64,000 bases of DNA from Eledone cirrhosa. Its lineage: Eukaryota. Location of the stretch: positions 69,378,001 through 69,442,000 of the forward strand of contig OZ024743.1 of the NCBI GenBank assembly GCA_964016885.1, read 5' to 3'. The translations under genes were made by a program, and so were the position numbers. Within the stretch, counting starts at the first letter, position 1. Each line of letters opens with the position of its first letter. Below, piece after piece: positions 1 through 13,600 of this stretch. The notes under the pieces are model-generated. The model searched no databases, had not been told where the DNA came from, and saw only the letters and a list, made by a program, of their open reading frames with translations.

Positions 1-1999
1 GTATATATAGTAACTAGAGAGTTGGTGTAGTGTGGTATATATAGTAACTAGAGAGGTGGTGTAGTGTGGTATATATAGTAACTAAAGAGGTGGTGTAGTG
101 TGGTATATATAGTAACTTGAGAGGTGGTGTAGTGTGGTATTTATATATATAGTAACTAGGGAGGTGGTGTAGTATGGTATATATAGTAACTAGAGAGGTG
201 GTGTAGTGTGGTATATATAGTAATTAGAGAGAGGTGGGGTAGTGTGGTATATATAGTAACTAGAGAGGTGGTGTAGTGTGGTATATATAGAAACTAGAGA
301 GAGGTTTTGTAGTGTGGTATATATAGTAACTATAGAGGTGGTGTAGTGTAGTATATATAGTAACTAGAGAGGTGGTGTAGTGTAGTATATATAGTAACTA
401 GAGAGGTGGTGTAGTGTAGTATATATAGTAACTAGAGAGGTGGTGTAGTGTGGTATATATAGTAACTAGAGAGAGGTGGGGTAGTGTGGTATATATAGTA
501 ACTAGAGAGGTTGTGTAGTGTGGTATATATAGTAACTAGAGAGAGGTGGTGTAGTGTGGTATATATAGTAACTATAGAGGTGGTGTAGTGTAGTATATAT
601 AGTAACTAGAGAGGTGGTGTAGTGTAGTATATATAGTAACTAGAGAGGTGGTGTAGTTTGGTATATATAGTAAATAGAGAGGTGGTGTAGTATGGTATAT
701 ATAGTAACTAGAGGGGTGATGTAGTGTGGTATATATAGTATTTAGAGAGGTGGTGTAGTGTGGTATATATAGTAACTAGAGAGAGGTTGGGTAGTGTGGT
801 AAATATAGTAACTAGAGAGAGAGGGTGTGTAGTGTGGTATATATAGTAACTAGAGAGTTGGTGTAAAATGTGTATATATAGTAATTAGAGAGGTGGTGTA
901 GTGTGGTATATATAGTAACAAGAGAGGTGGTGTAGTGTGGTTTATATAGTAACTAGGGAGGTGGTGTAGTTTGGTATATATAGTAAGTAGACAAGTGGTG
1001 TAGTATGGTTTATATAGTAACTAGAGAACAGGTGTAAAGTGGTATATATAGTAATTAGAGAGGTGGTGTAGTGTGTTATATATAATAAGTAGAGAGATGT
1101 GGTGTAGTGTGGTTTATATAGTAACTAGAGAGAGAGGTGGTGTAGTGTGGTATATATAGTAACTAGAGAGGTGGTGTAGTATGGTATATATAGTAACTAG
1201 AGAGGTGGTGTGGTGTGGTATATATAGTAACTAGAGAGGTGGTGTAGTGTGGTATATATAGTAACTAGAGAGGTCCTGTAGTGTGGTATATATAGTAACT
1301 AGAGGGGCGGTGTAGTGTGGTATATATAGTAATTAGAGAGGTGGTGTAGTGTGGTATATATAGTAACTAGAGAGGTGGTGTAGTGTGGTATATATAGTAA
1401 CTTGAGAGGTGGTGTAGTGTGGTATATATAGTAACTAGAGAGGTGGTGTAGTGTAGTATATATAGAAACTAGAGGGGTGGTGTAGTGTGGTATATATAGT
1501 AACTAGAGAGGTGGTGTAGTGTGGTATATATAGTAACTAGAGAGGTGGTGTAGTGTAGTATATATAGTAACTAGAGAGGTGGTGTAGTGTAGTATATATA
1601 GTAACTAGAGAGGTGGTGTAATGTGGTATTTATAGTAACTAGAGAGAGGTGGGGTAGTGTGGTATATATAGTAACTATGGAGGTGGCGTAGTGTGGTCTA
1701 TATAGTAACTAGAGATGTGGTGTAGTGTATTAAATATAGTAACTAGAGAAGTGGTGTAGTGTGGTATATATAGTAACTAGAGAGAGAAGTGGTGTAGTGT
1801 GGTATATATAGTAACTAGAGAGTTGGTGTAGTGTGGTATATATAGTAATTATAGAGGTGGTGTAGTGTGGTATATATAGTAACTAGAGAGGTGGTGTAGT
1901 GTGGTATATATAGTAACTTGAGAGGTGGTGTAGTGTGGTATTTATATAGTAACTAGAGAGGTGGTGTAGTGTGGTATATATAGTAACTAGAGAGGTGGT

Positions 2000-4900
2000 G
2001 TAGTGTGGTATATATAGTAACTAGAGAGGTGGTGTAGTGTAGTATATATAGTAACTAGAGAGGTGGTGTAGTGTAGTATATATAGTAACTAGAGAGGTGG
2101 TGTAGTGTAGTATATATAGTAACTAGAGAGGTGGTGTAGTGTGATATATATAGTAACTAGAGAGAGGTGGGGTAGTGTGGTATATATAGAAACTAGAGAG
2201 GTGGTGTAGTGTGGTATATATAGAAACTAGAGAGAGGTTTTGTAGTGTGGTATATATAGTAACTATAGAGGTGGTGTAGTGTAGTATATATAGTAACTAG
2301 AGAGGTGGTGTAGTGTAGTATATATAGTAACTAGGGAGGTGGTGTAGTATGGTATATATAGTAACTAGAGAGGTGGTGTAGTGTGGTATATATAGTAATT
2401 AGAGAGGTGATGTAGTGTGGTATATATAATAACTAGAGAGATGTTGTGTAGTGTGGTTTATATAGTACTCAGAGAGAGAGGTGGTGTAGTGTTGTATATA
2501 TAGTAACTAGAGAGGTGGTGTATTATGGTATATATAGTAACTAGAGAGAGGTGGTGTAGTGTGGTAATTATAGTTACTAGAGAGGTGGTGTAGTGTGGTA
2601 TATATAGTAACTAGAGAGGTGGTGTAGTATGGTATATATATTAACTAGAGAGAGGTGGTGTAGTGTGGTAATTATAGTTACTATAGAGAGAGGTGTTGTA
2701 GTGTGGTATATATAGTAACTAGAGAGGTAATATAGTGTGGTATAAATAGTAATTAGAGAGGTGGTGTAATGTGGTATATATAGTAAGTAGAGAGAGGTGG
2801 TTTAGTGTGGTATATATAGTAACTAGAGAGGTGGCGTAATGTGGTATATATAGTAACTAGAGAGTGAGGTTGTGTAGTGTGGTATATATGGTAACTAGAG
2901 AGGTGGTATAGTGTGGTATATATAGTAACTAGAGAAAGGTGGTGTAGTGTGGTATATATAGTAACTAGAGAGAGAAGTGGTGTAGTGTGGTATATATAGT
3001 AACTAGAGAGTTGGTGTAATGTGGTATATATAGTAATAGAGAGGTGGTGTAGTGTGGTATATATAGTAACCATAGAGGTGGTGTAGTGTGGTATATATAG
3101 TAACTTGAGTGGTGGTGTAGTGTGGTATTTATATAGTAACTAGAGGGGTGGTGTAGTGTAGTATATATAGTAACTAGAAAGGTGGTGTAGTGTAGTATAT
3201 ATAGTAACTAGAGAGGTGGTGTAGTGTGGTATATATAGTAACTAGAGAGAGGTGGTGTAGTGTTGTATATATAGTAACTATGGAGGTGGCGTAGTGTCGT
3301 CTATATAGTAACTAGAGAGGTGGTGTAGTGTATTAAATATAGTAACTAGAGAAGTGGTGTAGTGTGGTATATATAGTAACTAGAGAAAAGTGGTGTAGTG
3401 TGGTATATATAGTAACTAGAGAGAGAAGTGGTGTAGTGTGGTATATATAGTAACTAGAGTGTTGGTGTAATGTGGTATATATAGTAATTAGTGAGGTGGT
3501 GTAGTGTGGTATATATAGTAACCATAGAGGTGGTGTAGTGTGGTATATATAGTAACTAGAGAGTTGGTGTAGTGTGGTATATATAGTAACTAGAGAGGTG
3601 GTGTAGTGTGGTATATATAATAACTAGCGAGGTGGTGTAGTGTGGTATATATAGTAACTTGAGAGGTGGTGTAGTGTGGTATTTATATAGTAACTAGAGA
3701 GGTGGTGTAGTGTGGTATATATAGTAACTAGAGAGGTGGTGTAGTGTGGTATATATAGTAACTAAAGAGGTGGTGTAGTGTAGTATATATAGTAACTAGA
3801 GAGGTGGTGTAGTGTAGTATATATAGTAACTAGAGAGGTGGTGTAGTGTAGTATATATAGTAACTAGAGAGGTGGTGTAGTGTGGTATATATAGTAACTA
3901 GAGAGAGGTGGGGTAGTGTGGTATATATAGTAACTAGAGAGGTGGTGTAGTGTGGTATATATAGTAACTAGAGAGAGGTGGTGTAGTGTGGTATATATAG
4001 TAACTATAGAGGTGGTGTAGTGTAGTATATATAGTAACTAGAGAGGTGGTATAGTGTAGTATATATAGTAACTAGAGAGGTGGTGTAGTTTGGTATATAT
4101 AGTAAATAGAGAGGTGGTGTGGTATGGTATATATAGTAACTAGAGGGGTGATGTAGTGTGGTATATATAGTATTTAGAGAGGTGGTGTAGTGTGGTATAT
4201 ATAGTAACTAGAGAGAGGTTGGGTAGTGTGGTAAATATAGTAACTAGAGAGAGAGGGTGTGTAGTGTGGTATATATAGTAACTAGAGAGTTGGTGTAAAA
4301 TGTGTATATATAGTAATTAGAGAGGTGGTGTAGTGTGGTATATATAGTAACAAGAGAGGTGGTGTAGTGTGGTTTATATAGTAACTAGGGAGGTGGTGTA
4401 GTTTGGTATATATAGTAAGTAGACATGTGGTGTAGTATGGTTTATATAGTAACTAGAGAACAGGTGTAACGTGGTATATATAGTAATTAGAGAGGTGGTG
4501 TAGTGTGTTATATATAATAAGTAGAGAGATGTGGTGTAGTGTGGTTTATATAGTAACTAGAGAGAGAGGTGGTGTAGTGTGGTATATATAGTAACTAGAG
4601 AGGTGGTGTAGTATGGTATATATAGTAACTAGATAGGTGGTGTGGTGTGGTATATATAGTAACTAGAGAGGTGGTGTAGTGTGGTATATATAGTAACTAG
4701 AGAGGTCCTGTAGTGTGGTATATATAGTAACTAGAGGGGCGGTGTAGTGTGGTATATATAGTAATTAGAGAGGTGGTGTAGTGTGGTATATATAGTAACT
4801 AGAGAGGTGGTGTAGTGTGGTATATATAGTAACTTGAGAGGTGGTGTAGTGTGGTATATATAGTAACTAGAGAGGTGGTGTAGTGTAGTATATATAGAAA

Positions 4901-7900
4901 CTAGAGGGGTGGTGTAGTGTGGTATATATAGTAACTAAAGAGGTGGTGTAGTGTGGTATATATAGTAACTAGAGAGGTGGTGTAGTGTAGTATATATAGT
5001 AACTAGAGAGGTGGTGTAGTGTAGTATATATAGTAATTTGAGAGGTGGTGTAATGTGGTATTTATAGTAACTAGAGAGAGGTGGGGTAGTGTGGTATATA
5101 TAGTAACTATGGAGGTGGTGTAGTGTGGTATATATAGTAACTAGAGAGGTGGTGTAGTGTAGTAAATATAGTAACTAGGGAAGTGGTGTAGTGTGGTATA
5201 TATAGTAATTAGTGAGGTGGTGTAGTGTAGTATATATAGTAACTAGAGAGGTGGTGTAGTGTGGTATATATAGTAACTAGAGAGGTGGTGTAGTGTAGTA
5301 TATATAGTAACTAGAGAGGTCGTCTAGTGTAGTATATATAGTAACTAGAGAGGAGGTGTAGTGTAGTATATATAGTAACTATAGAGGTGGTGTAGTGTAG
5401 TATATATAGTAACTAGAGAGGTGGTGTAGTGTAGTATATATAGTAACTAGAGAGGTGGTGTAGTTTGGTATATATAGTAACTAGAGAGGTGGTGTAGTAT
5501 GGTATATATAGTAACTAGAGGGTTGGTGTAGTGTGGTATATATAGTATTTAGAGAGGTGGTGTAGTGTGGTATATATAGTAACTAGAGAGAGGTTGTGTA
5601 GTGTGGTAAATATAGTAACTAGAGAGAGAGGGTGTGTAGTGTGGTATATATAGTAACTAGAGAGTTGGTGTAATGTGGTATATATAGTAATTAGAGAGGT
5701 GGTGTAGTGTGGTATATATAGTAACTAGAGAGGTGGTGTAGTGTGGTTTATATAGTAACTAGGGAGGTCGTGTAGTTTGGTATATATAGTAAGTAGACAG
5801 GTGGTGTAGTATGGTTTATATAGTAACTAGAGAACAGGTGTAACGTGGTATATATAGTAATTAGAGAGGTGGTGTAGTGTGTTATATATAATAAGTAGAG
5901 AGATGTGGTGTAGTGTGGTTTATATAGTAACTAGAGAGGTGGTATAGTATGGTATATATAGTAACTAGAGAGGTGGTGTGGTAAATATAGTAACTAGAGA
6001 GGTGGTGTAGTGTGGTATATATAGTAACTGGAGAGGTGGTGTAGTGTGGTATATATAGTAACTAGAGGGGTGGTGTAGTGTGGTATATATAGTAATTAGA
6101 GAGGTGGTGTAGTGTGGTATATATAGTAACTAGAGAGGTGGTGTAGTGTGGTATACATAGTAACTTGAGAGGTGGTGTAGTGTGGTATATATAGTAACTA
6201 GAGAGGTGGTGTAGTGTTGTATATATAGAAATTAGAGGGGTGGTGTAGTGTGGTATATATAGTAACTAGAGAGGTGGTGTAGTGTGGTATATATAGTAAC
6301 TAGAGAGGTAGTGTAGTGTAGTATATATAGTAACTAGAGAGGTGGTGTAGTGTAGTATATATAGTAACTAGAGAGGTGGTGTAATGTGGTATATATAGTA
6401 ACTAGAGAGAGGTGGGGTAGTGTGGTATATATAGTAACTATGGAGGTGGTGTAGTGTGGTATATATAGTAACTAGAGAGGTGGTGTAGTGTAGTATATAT
6501 AGTAACTAAAGAGGTGGTGTAGTGTGGTATATATAGTAACTAGAGAGGTTGTGTAGTGTAGTATATATAGTAACTAGAGAGGTGGTCTAGTGTAGTATAT
6601 ATAGTAACTAGAGAGGAGGTGTAGTGTAGTATATATAGTTACTAGAGATGTGGTGTAGTGTACAGTATATAGTAAGTAGAGAGGTGGTGTAGTGTGGTAT
6701 ATATAGTAACTAGAGAGGTGGTGTAGTGTAGTATATATATAGTAACTAGAGAGGTGGTGTAGTTTGGTATATATAGCAACTAGACAGGCGGTGTAGTGTG
6801 GTTTATATAGTAACTAGAGAGGTGGTGTGATGTGGTATATATAGTAATTAGAGAGGTGGTGTAATGTGGTATATATAGTAACTAGAGAGGTGGTGTAGTG
6901 TAGTATATATAGTAACTAGAGAGGTGGTGTAGTGTAGTATATATAGTAACTAGAGAGGTGGTGTAGTGTAGTATATATAGTAACTAGAGAGGTGGTGTAG
7001 TGTGATATATATAGTAACTAGAGAGAGGTGGGGTAGTGTGGTATATATAGTAACTAGAGAGGTGGTGTAGTGTGGTTTATATAGAAACTAGAGAGAGGTT
7101 TTGTAGTGTGGTATATATAGTAACTATAGAGGTGGTGTAGTGTAGTATATATAGTAACTAGAGAGGTGATGTAGTGTAGTATATATAGTATCTAGGGAGG
7201 TGGTGTAGTATGGTATATATAGTAACTAGAGAGGTGGTGTAGTGTGGTATATATAGTAATTAGAGAGGTGATGTAGTGTGGTATATATAATAACTAGAGA
7301 GATGTTGTGTAGTGTGGTTTATATAGTACTCAGAGAGAGAGGTGGTGTAGTGTTGTATATATAGTAACTAGAGAGGTGGTGTATTATGGTATATATAGTA
7401 ACTAGAGAGAGGTGGTGTAGTGTGGTAATTATAGTTACTAGAGAGGTGGTGTAGTGTGGTATATATAGTAACTAGAGAGGTGGTGTAGTATGGTATATAT
7501 ATTAACTAGAGAGAGGTGGTCTAGTGTGGTAATTATAGTTACTATAGAGAGAGGTGGTGTAGTGTGGTATATATAGTAACAAGAGAGGTGGTGTAGTGTT
7601 GTATATATAGCAAGTAGGGAGGTGGTGTAGTTTGGTATATATAGTAACTAGACAGGTGCTGTAGTGTGGTAAAAATAGTAATTAGAGAGGTGGTGTAAAG
7701 TGGTATATATAGTAAGTAGAGGGAGGTAGTGTAGTGTGGTATATATAGTAACTAGAGAGGTGGTGTAGTGTGGTATATATAGTACCTAGAGGGTTGCTGT
7801 AGTGTGGTATATATAGTAACTAGAGAGGTGTTGTAGTGTGGTATATATAGTAACTAGAGAGGTAATATAGTGTGGTATAAATAGTAATTAGAGAGGTGGT

Positions 7901-9800
7901 GTAATGTGGTATATATAGTAAGTAGAGAGAGGTGGTTTAGTGTGGTATATATAGTAACTAGAGAGGTGGCGTAATGTGGTATATATAGTAACTAGAGAGT
8001 GAGGTTGTGTAGTGTGGTATATATGGTAACTAGAGAGGTGGTATAGTGTGGTATATATAGTAACTAGAGAAAGGTGGTGTAGTGTGGTATATATAGTAAC
8101 TAGAGAGAGAAGTGGTGTAGTGTGGTATATATAGTAACTAGAGAGTTGGTGTAATGTGGTATATATAGTAATAGAGAGGTGGTGTAGTGTGGTATATATA
8201 GTAACCATAGAGGTGGTGTAGTGTGGTATATATAGTAACTTGAGTGGTGGTGTAGTGTGGTATTTATATAGTAACTAGAGGGGTGGTGTAGTGTAGTATA
8301 TATAGTAACTAGAAAGGTGGTGTAGTGTAGTATATATAGTAACTAGAGAGGTGGTGTAGTGTGGTATATATAGTAACTAGAGAGAGGTGGTGTAGTGTTG
8401 TATATATAGTAACTATGGAGGTGGCGTAGTGTCGTCTATATAGTAACTAGAGAGGTGGTGTAGTGTATTAAATATAGTAACTAGAGAAGTGGTGTAGTGT
8501 GGTATATATAGTAACTAGAGAAAGGTGGTGTAGTGTGGTATATATAGTAACTAGAGAGAGAAGTGGTGTAGTGTGGTATATATAGTAACTAGAGTGTTGG
8601 TGTAATGTGGTATATATAGTAATTAGAGAGGTGGTGTAGTGTGGTATATATAGTAACCATAGAGGTGGTGTAGTGTGGTATATATAGTAACTAGAGAGTT
8701 GGTGTAGTGTGGTTTATATAGTAACTAGAGAGGTGGTGTAGTGTGGTATATATAGTAACTTGAGAGGTGGTGTAGTGTGGTATTTATATAGTAACTAGAG
8801 AGGTGGTGTAGTGTGGTATATATAGTAACTAGAGAGGTGGTGTAGTGTGGTATATATAGTAACTAAAGAGGTGGTGTAGTGTAGTATATATAGTAACTAG
8901 AGAGGTGGTGTAGTGTAGTATATATAGTAACTAGAGAGGTGGTGTAGTGTAGTATATATAGTAACTAGAGAGGTGGTGTAGTGTGGTATATATAGTAACT
9001 AGAGAGAGGTGGGGTAGTGTGGTATATATAGAAACTAGAGAGGTGGTGTAGTGTGGTATATATAGTAACTAGAGAGAGGTGGTGTAGTGTGGTATATATA
9101 GTAACTATAGAGGTGGTGTAGTGTAGTATATATAGTAACTAGAGAGGTGGTGTAGTGTAGTATATATAGTAACTAGAGAGGTGGTGTAGTTTGGTATATA
9201 TAGTAAATAGAGAGGTGGTGTAGTATGGTATATATAGTAACTAGAGGGGTGATGTAGTGTGGTATATATAGTATTTAGAGAGGTGTTGTAGTGTGGTATA
9301 TATAGTAACTAGAGAGAGGTTGGGTAGTGTGGTAAATATAGTAACTAGAGAGAGAGGGTGTGTAGTGTGGTATATATAGTAACTAGAGAGTTGGTGTAAA
9401 ATGTGTATATATAGTAATTAGAGAGGTGGTGTAGTGTGGTATATATAGTAACAAGAGAGGTGGTGTAGTGTGGTTTATATAGTAACTAGGGAGGTGGTGT
9501 AGTTTGGTATATATAGTAAGTAGACATGTGGTGTAGTATGGTTTATATAGTAACTAGAGAACAGGTGTAACGTGGTATATATAGTAATTAGAGAGGTGGT
9601 GTAGTGTGTTATATATAATAAGTAGAGAGATGTGGTGTAGTGTGGTTTATATAGTAACTAGAGAGAGAGGTGGTGTAGTGTGGTATATATAGTAACTAGA
9701 GAGGTGGTGTAGTATGGTATATATAGTAACTAGATAGGTGGTGTGGTGTGGTATATATAGTAACTAGAGAGGTGGTGTAGTGTGGTATATATAGTAACTA
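2000..9800 (+). repeat. Dispersed pair of ~2.7-2.9-kb variant blocks (~2000-4700 and ~6860-9800)
   Basis: TATAGTACTC is at 2461/7322 (offset 4861). The identical ORFs at 2753/7888 and GTAGTGTCGT at 3291/8426 have offset 5135. AGATAGG is at 4631/9732 (offset 5101). Confidence 0.85.
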
Positions 9801-10699
9801 GAGAGGTGGTGTAGTGTGGTATATATAGTAACTTGAGAGGTGGTGTAGTGTGGTATTTATATAGTAACTAGAGAGGTGGTGTAGTGTGGTATATATAGTA
9901 ACTAGAGAGGTGGTGTAGTGTGGTATATATAGTAACTAAAGAGGTGGTGTAGTGTAGTATATATAGTAACTAGAGAGGTGGTGTAGTGTAGTATATATAG
10001 TAACTAGAGAGGTGGTGTAGTGTAGTATATATAGTAACTAGAGAGGTGGTGTAGTGTGGTATATATAGTAACTAGAGAGAGGTGGGGTAGTGTGGTATAT
10101 ATAGTAACTAGAGAGGTGGTGTAGTGTGGTATATATAGTAACTAGAGAGAGGTGGTGTAGTGTGGTATATATAGTAACTATAGAGGTGGTGTAGTGTAGT
10201 ATATATAGTAACTAGAGAGGTGGTGTAGTGTAGTATATATAGTAACTAGAGAGGTGGTGTAGTTTGGTATATATAGTAAATAGAGAGGTGGTGTAGTATG
10301 GTATATATAGTAACTAGAGGGGTGATGTAGTGTGGTATATATAGTATTTAGAGAGGTGGTGTAGTGTGGTATATATAGTAACTAGAGAGAGGTTGGGTAG
10401 TGTGGTAAATATAGTAACTAGAGAGAGAGGGTGTGTAGTGTGGTATATATAGTAACAAGAGAGGTGGTGTAGTGTGGTTTATATAGTAACTAGGGAGGTG
10501 GTGTAGTTTGGTATATATAGTAAGTAGACATGTGGTGTAGTATGGTTTATATAGTAACTAGAGAACAGGTGTAACGTGGTATATATAGTAATTAGAGAGG
10601 TTGTGTAGTGTGTTATATATAATAAGTAGAGAGATGTGGTGTAGTGTGGTTTATATAGTAACTACAGAGAGAGGTGGTGTAGTGTGGTATATATAGTAA

Positions 10700-13600
10700 C
10701 TAGAGAGGTGGTATAGTATGGTATATATAGTAACTAGAGAGGTGGTGTGGTAAATATAGTAACTAGAGAGGTGGTGTAGTGTGGTATATATAGTAACTGG
10801 AGAGGTGGTGTAGTGTGGTATATATAGTAACTAGAGGGGTGGTGTAGTGTGGTATATATAGTAATTAGAGAGGTGGTGTAGTGTGGTATATATAGTAACT
10901 AGAGAGGTGGTGTAGTGTGGTATACATAGTAACTTGAGAGGTGGTGTAGTGTGGTATATATAGTAACTAGAGAGGTGGTGTAGTGTTGTATATATAGAAA
11001 TTAGAGGGGTGGTGTAGTGTGGTATATATAGTAACTAGAGAGGTGGTGTAGTGTGGTATATATAGTAACTAGAGAGGTAGTGTAGTGTAGTATATATAGT
11101 AACTAGAGAGGTGGTGTAGTGTAGTATATATAGTAACTAGAGAGGTGGTGTAATGTGGTATATATAGTAACTAGAGAGAGGTGGGGTAGTGTGGTATATA
11201 TAGTAACTATGGAGGTGGTGTAGTGTGGTATATATAGTAACTAGAGAGGTGGTGTAGTGTAGTAAATATAGTAACTAGAGAAGTGGTGTAGTGTGGTATA
11301 TATAGTAATTAGTGAGGTGGTGTAGTGTAGTATATATAGTAACTAAAGAGGTGGTGTAGTGTGGTATATATAGTAACTAGAGAGGTTGTGTAGTGTAGTA
11401 TATATAGTAACTAGAGAGGTGGTCTAGTGTAGTATATATAGTAACTAGAGAGGAGGTGTAGTGTAGTATATATAGTTACTAGAGATGTGGTGTAGTGTAC
11501 AGTATATAGTAAGTAGAGAGGTGGTGTAGTGTGGTATATATAGTAACTAGAGAGGTGGTGTAGTGTAGTATATATATAGTAACTAGAGAGGTGGTGTAGT
11601 TTGGTATATATAGCAACTAGACAGGCGGTGTAGTGTGGTTTATATAGTAACTAGAGAGGTGGTGTGATGTGGTATATATAGTAATTAGAGAGGTGGTGTA
11701 ATGTGGTATATATAGTAACTAGAGAGGTGGTGTAGTATGGTATATATAGTAACTAGAGAGGTGGTGTAGTGTGGTATATATAATAAATAGAGATATGTGG
11801 TGTAGTGTGGTTTATATAGTAACTAGAGAGAGAGGTGGTGTAGTGTGGTATATATAGTAACTAGAGAGGTGGTGTAGTGTGGTATATATAGTAACTAGAG
11901 GGGTGGTGTAGTGTGGCATATATAGTAACTAGAGAGGTGTTGTAGTGTGGTATATATAGTAACTAGAGAGGTGGTGTAGTATGGTATATATAGTAACTAG
12001 AGAGGTGGTGTAGTGTGGTATATATAGTAATTAGAGAGGTGATGTAGTGTGGTATATATAATAACTAGAGAGATGTGGTGTAGTGTGGTTTATATAGTAC
12101 CTAGAGAGAGAGGTGGTGTAGTGTTGTATATATAGTAACTAGAGAGGTGGTGTAGTATGGTATATATACCAAGTAGAGAGTTGGTGTAGTGTGATATATA
12201 TAGTAACTAGAGAGGTGGTGTAGTATGGTATATATAGTAACAAGAGAGAGATGGTGTAGTATGGTATATATATACTAACTAGAGAAGTGATGTAGTGTGG
12301 TATATATAGTAACTAGAGAGGGGGTGTAGTATGGTATATATAGTAACTAGAGAGAGGTGGTGTAGTGTGGTAATTATAGTAACTATTGAGAGAGGTGGTG
12401 TAGTGTGGTATATATAGTAACAAGAGAGGTGGTGTAGTGTGGTATATATAGTAACTAGGGAGGTGGTGTAGTTTGGTATATATAGTAACTAGACAGGTGG
12501 TGTAGTGTGGTAAAAATAGTAATTAGAGAAGTGGGGTAAAGTGGTATATATAGTAAGTAGAGAGAGGTGGTGTAGTGTGGTATATATAGTAACTAGAGAG
12601 GTGGTGTAGTGTGGTATATATAGTAACTAGAGAGGTGGTGTAGTGTGGTATACATAGTAAATTGAGAGGTGGTGTAGTGTGGTATATATAGTAACTAGAG
12701 ATGTGGTGTAGTGTAGTATATATAGAAACTAGAGGGGTGGTGTAGTGTGGTATATATAGTAACTAGAGAGGTGGTGTAGTGTGGTATATATAGTAACTAG
12801 AGAGGTGGTGTAGTGTAGTATATATAGTAACTAGAGAGGTGGTGTAGTGTAGTATATATAGTAACTAGAGAGGTGGTGTAATGTGGTATATATATTAACT
12901 AGAGAGAGGTGGGGTAGTGTGGTATATATAGTAACTATGGAGGTGGTGTAGTGTGGTATATATAGTAACTAGAGAGGTGGTGTAGTGTAGTAAATATAGT
13001 AACTAGAGAAGTGGTGTAGTGTGGTATATATAGTAATTAGTGAGGTGGTGTAGTGTAGTATATATAGTAACTAGAGAGGTGGTGTAGTGTGGTATATATA
13101 GTAACTAGAGAGGTGGTGTAGTGTAGTATATATAGTAACTAGAGAGGTGGTCTAGTGTAGTATATATAGTAACTAGAGTGGAGGTGTAGTGTAGTATATA
13201 TAGTAACTAGAGAGGTGGTGTAGTGTAGTATATATAGTAACTAGAGAGGTGGTGTAGTGTAGTATATATAGTAACTAGAGAGGTGGTGTAGTTTGGTATA
13301 TATAGTAACTAGAGAGGTGGTGTAGTATGGTATATATAGTAACTAGAGGGGTGGTGTAGTGTTGTATATATAGTATTTAGAGAGGTGGTGTAGTGTGGTA
13401 TATATAGTAACTAGAGAGAGGTTGTGTAGTGTGGTAAATATAGTAACTAGAGAGAGAGGGTGTGTAGTGTGGTATATATAGTAACTAGAGAGTTGGTGTA
13501 ATGTGGTATATATAGTAATTAGAGAGGTGGTGTAGTGTGGTATATATAGTAACTAGAGAGGTGGTGCAGTGTGGTTTATATAGTAACTAGGGAGGTCGTG

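Noticed and set aside
2753-3073. 106-aa minus-strand ORF (identical copy at 7888-8208)
   Set aside because: It is a translation of the satellite (YYIYHTTPPL / VTIYTTLHHL cycling through frames). It stays open only because local indels skip stops, and the identical copy reflects block duplication.
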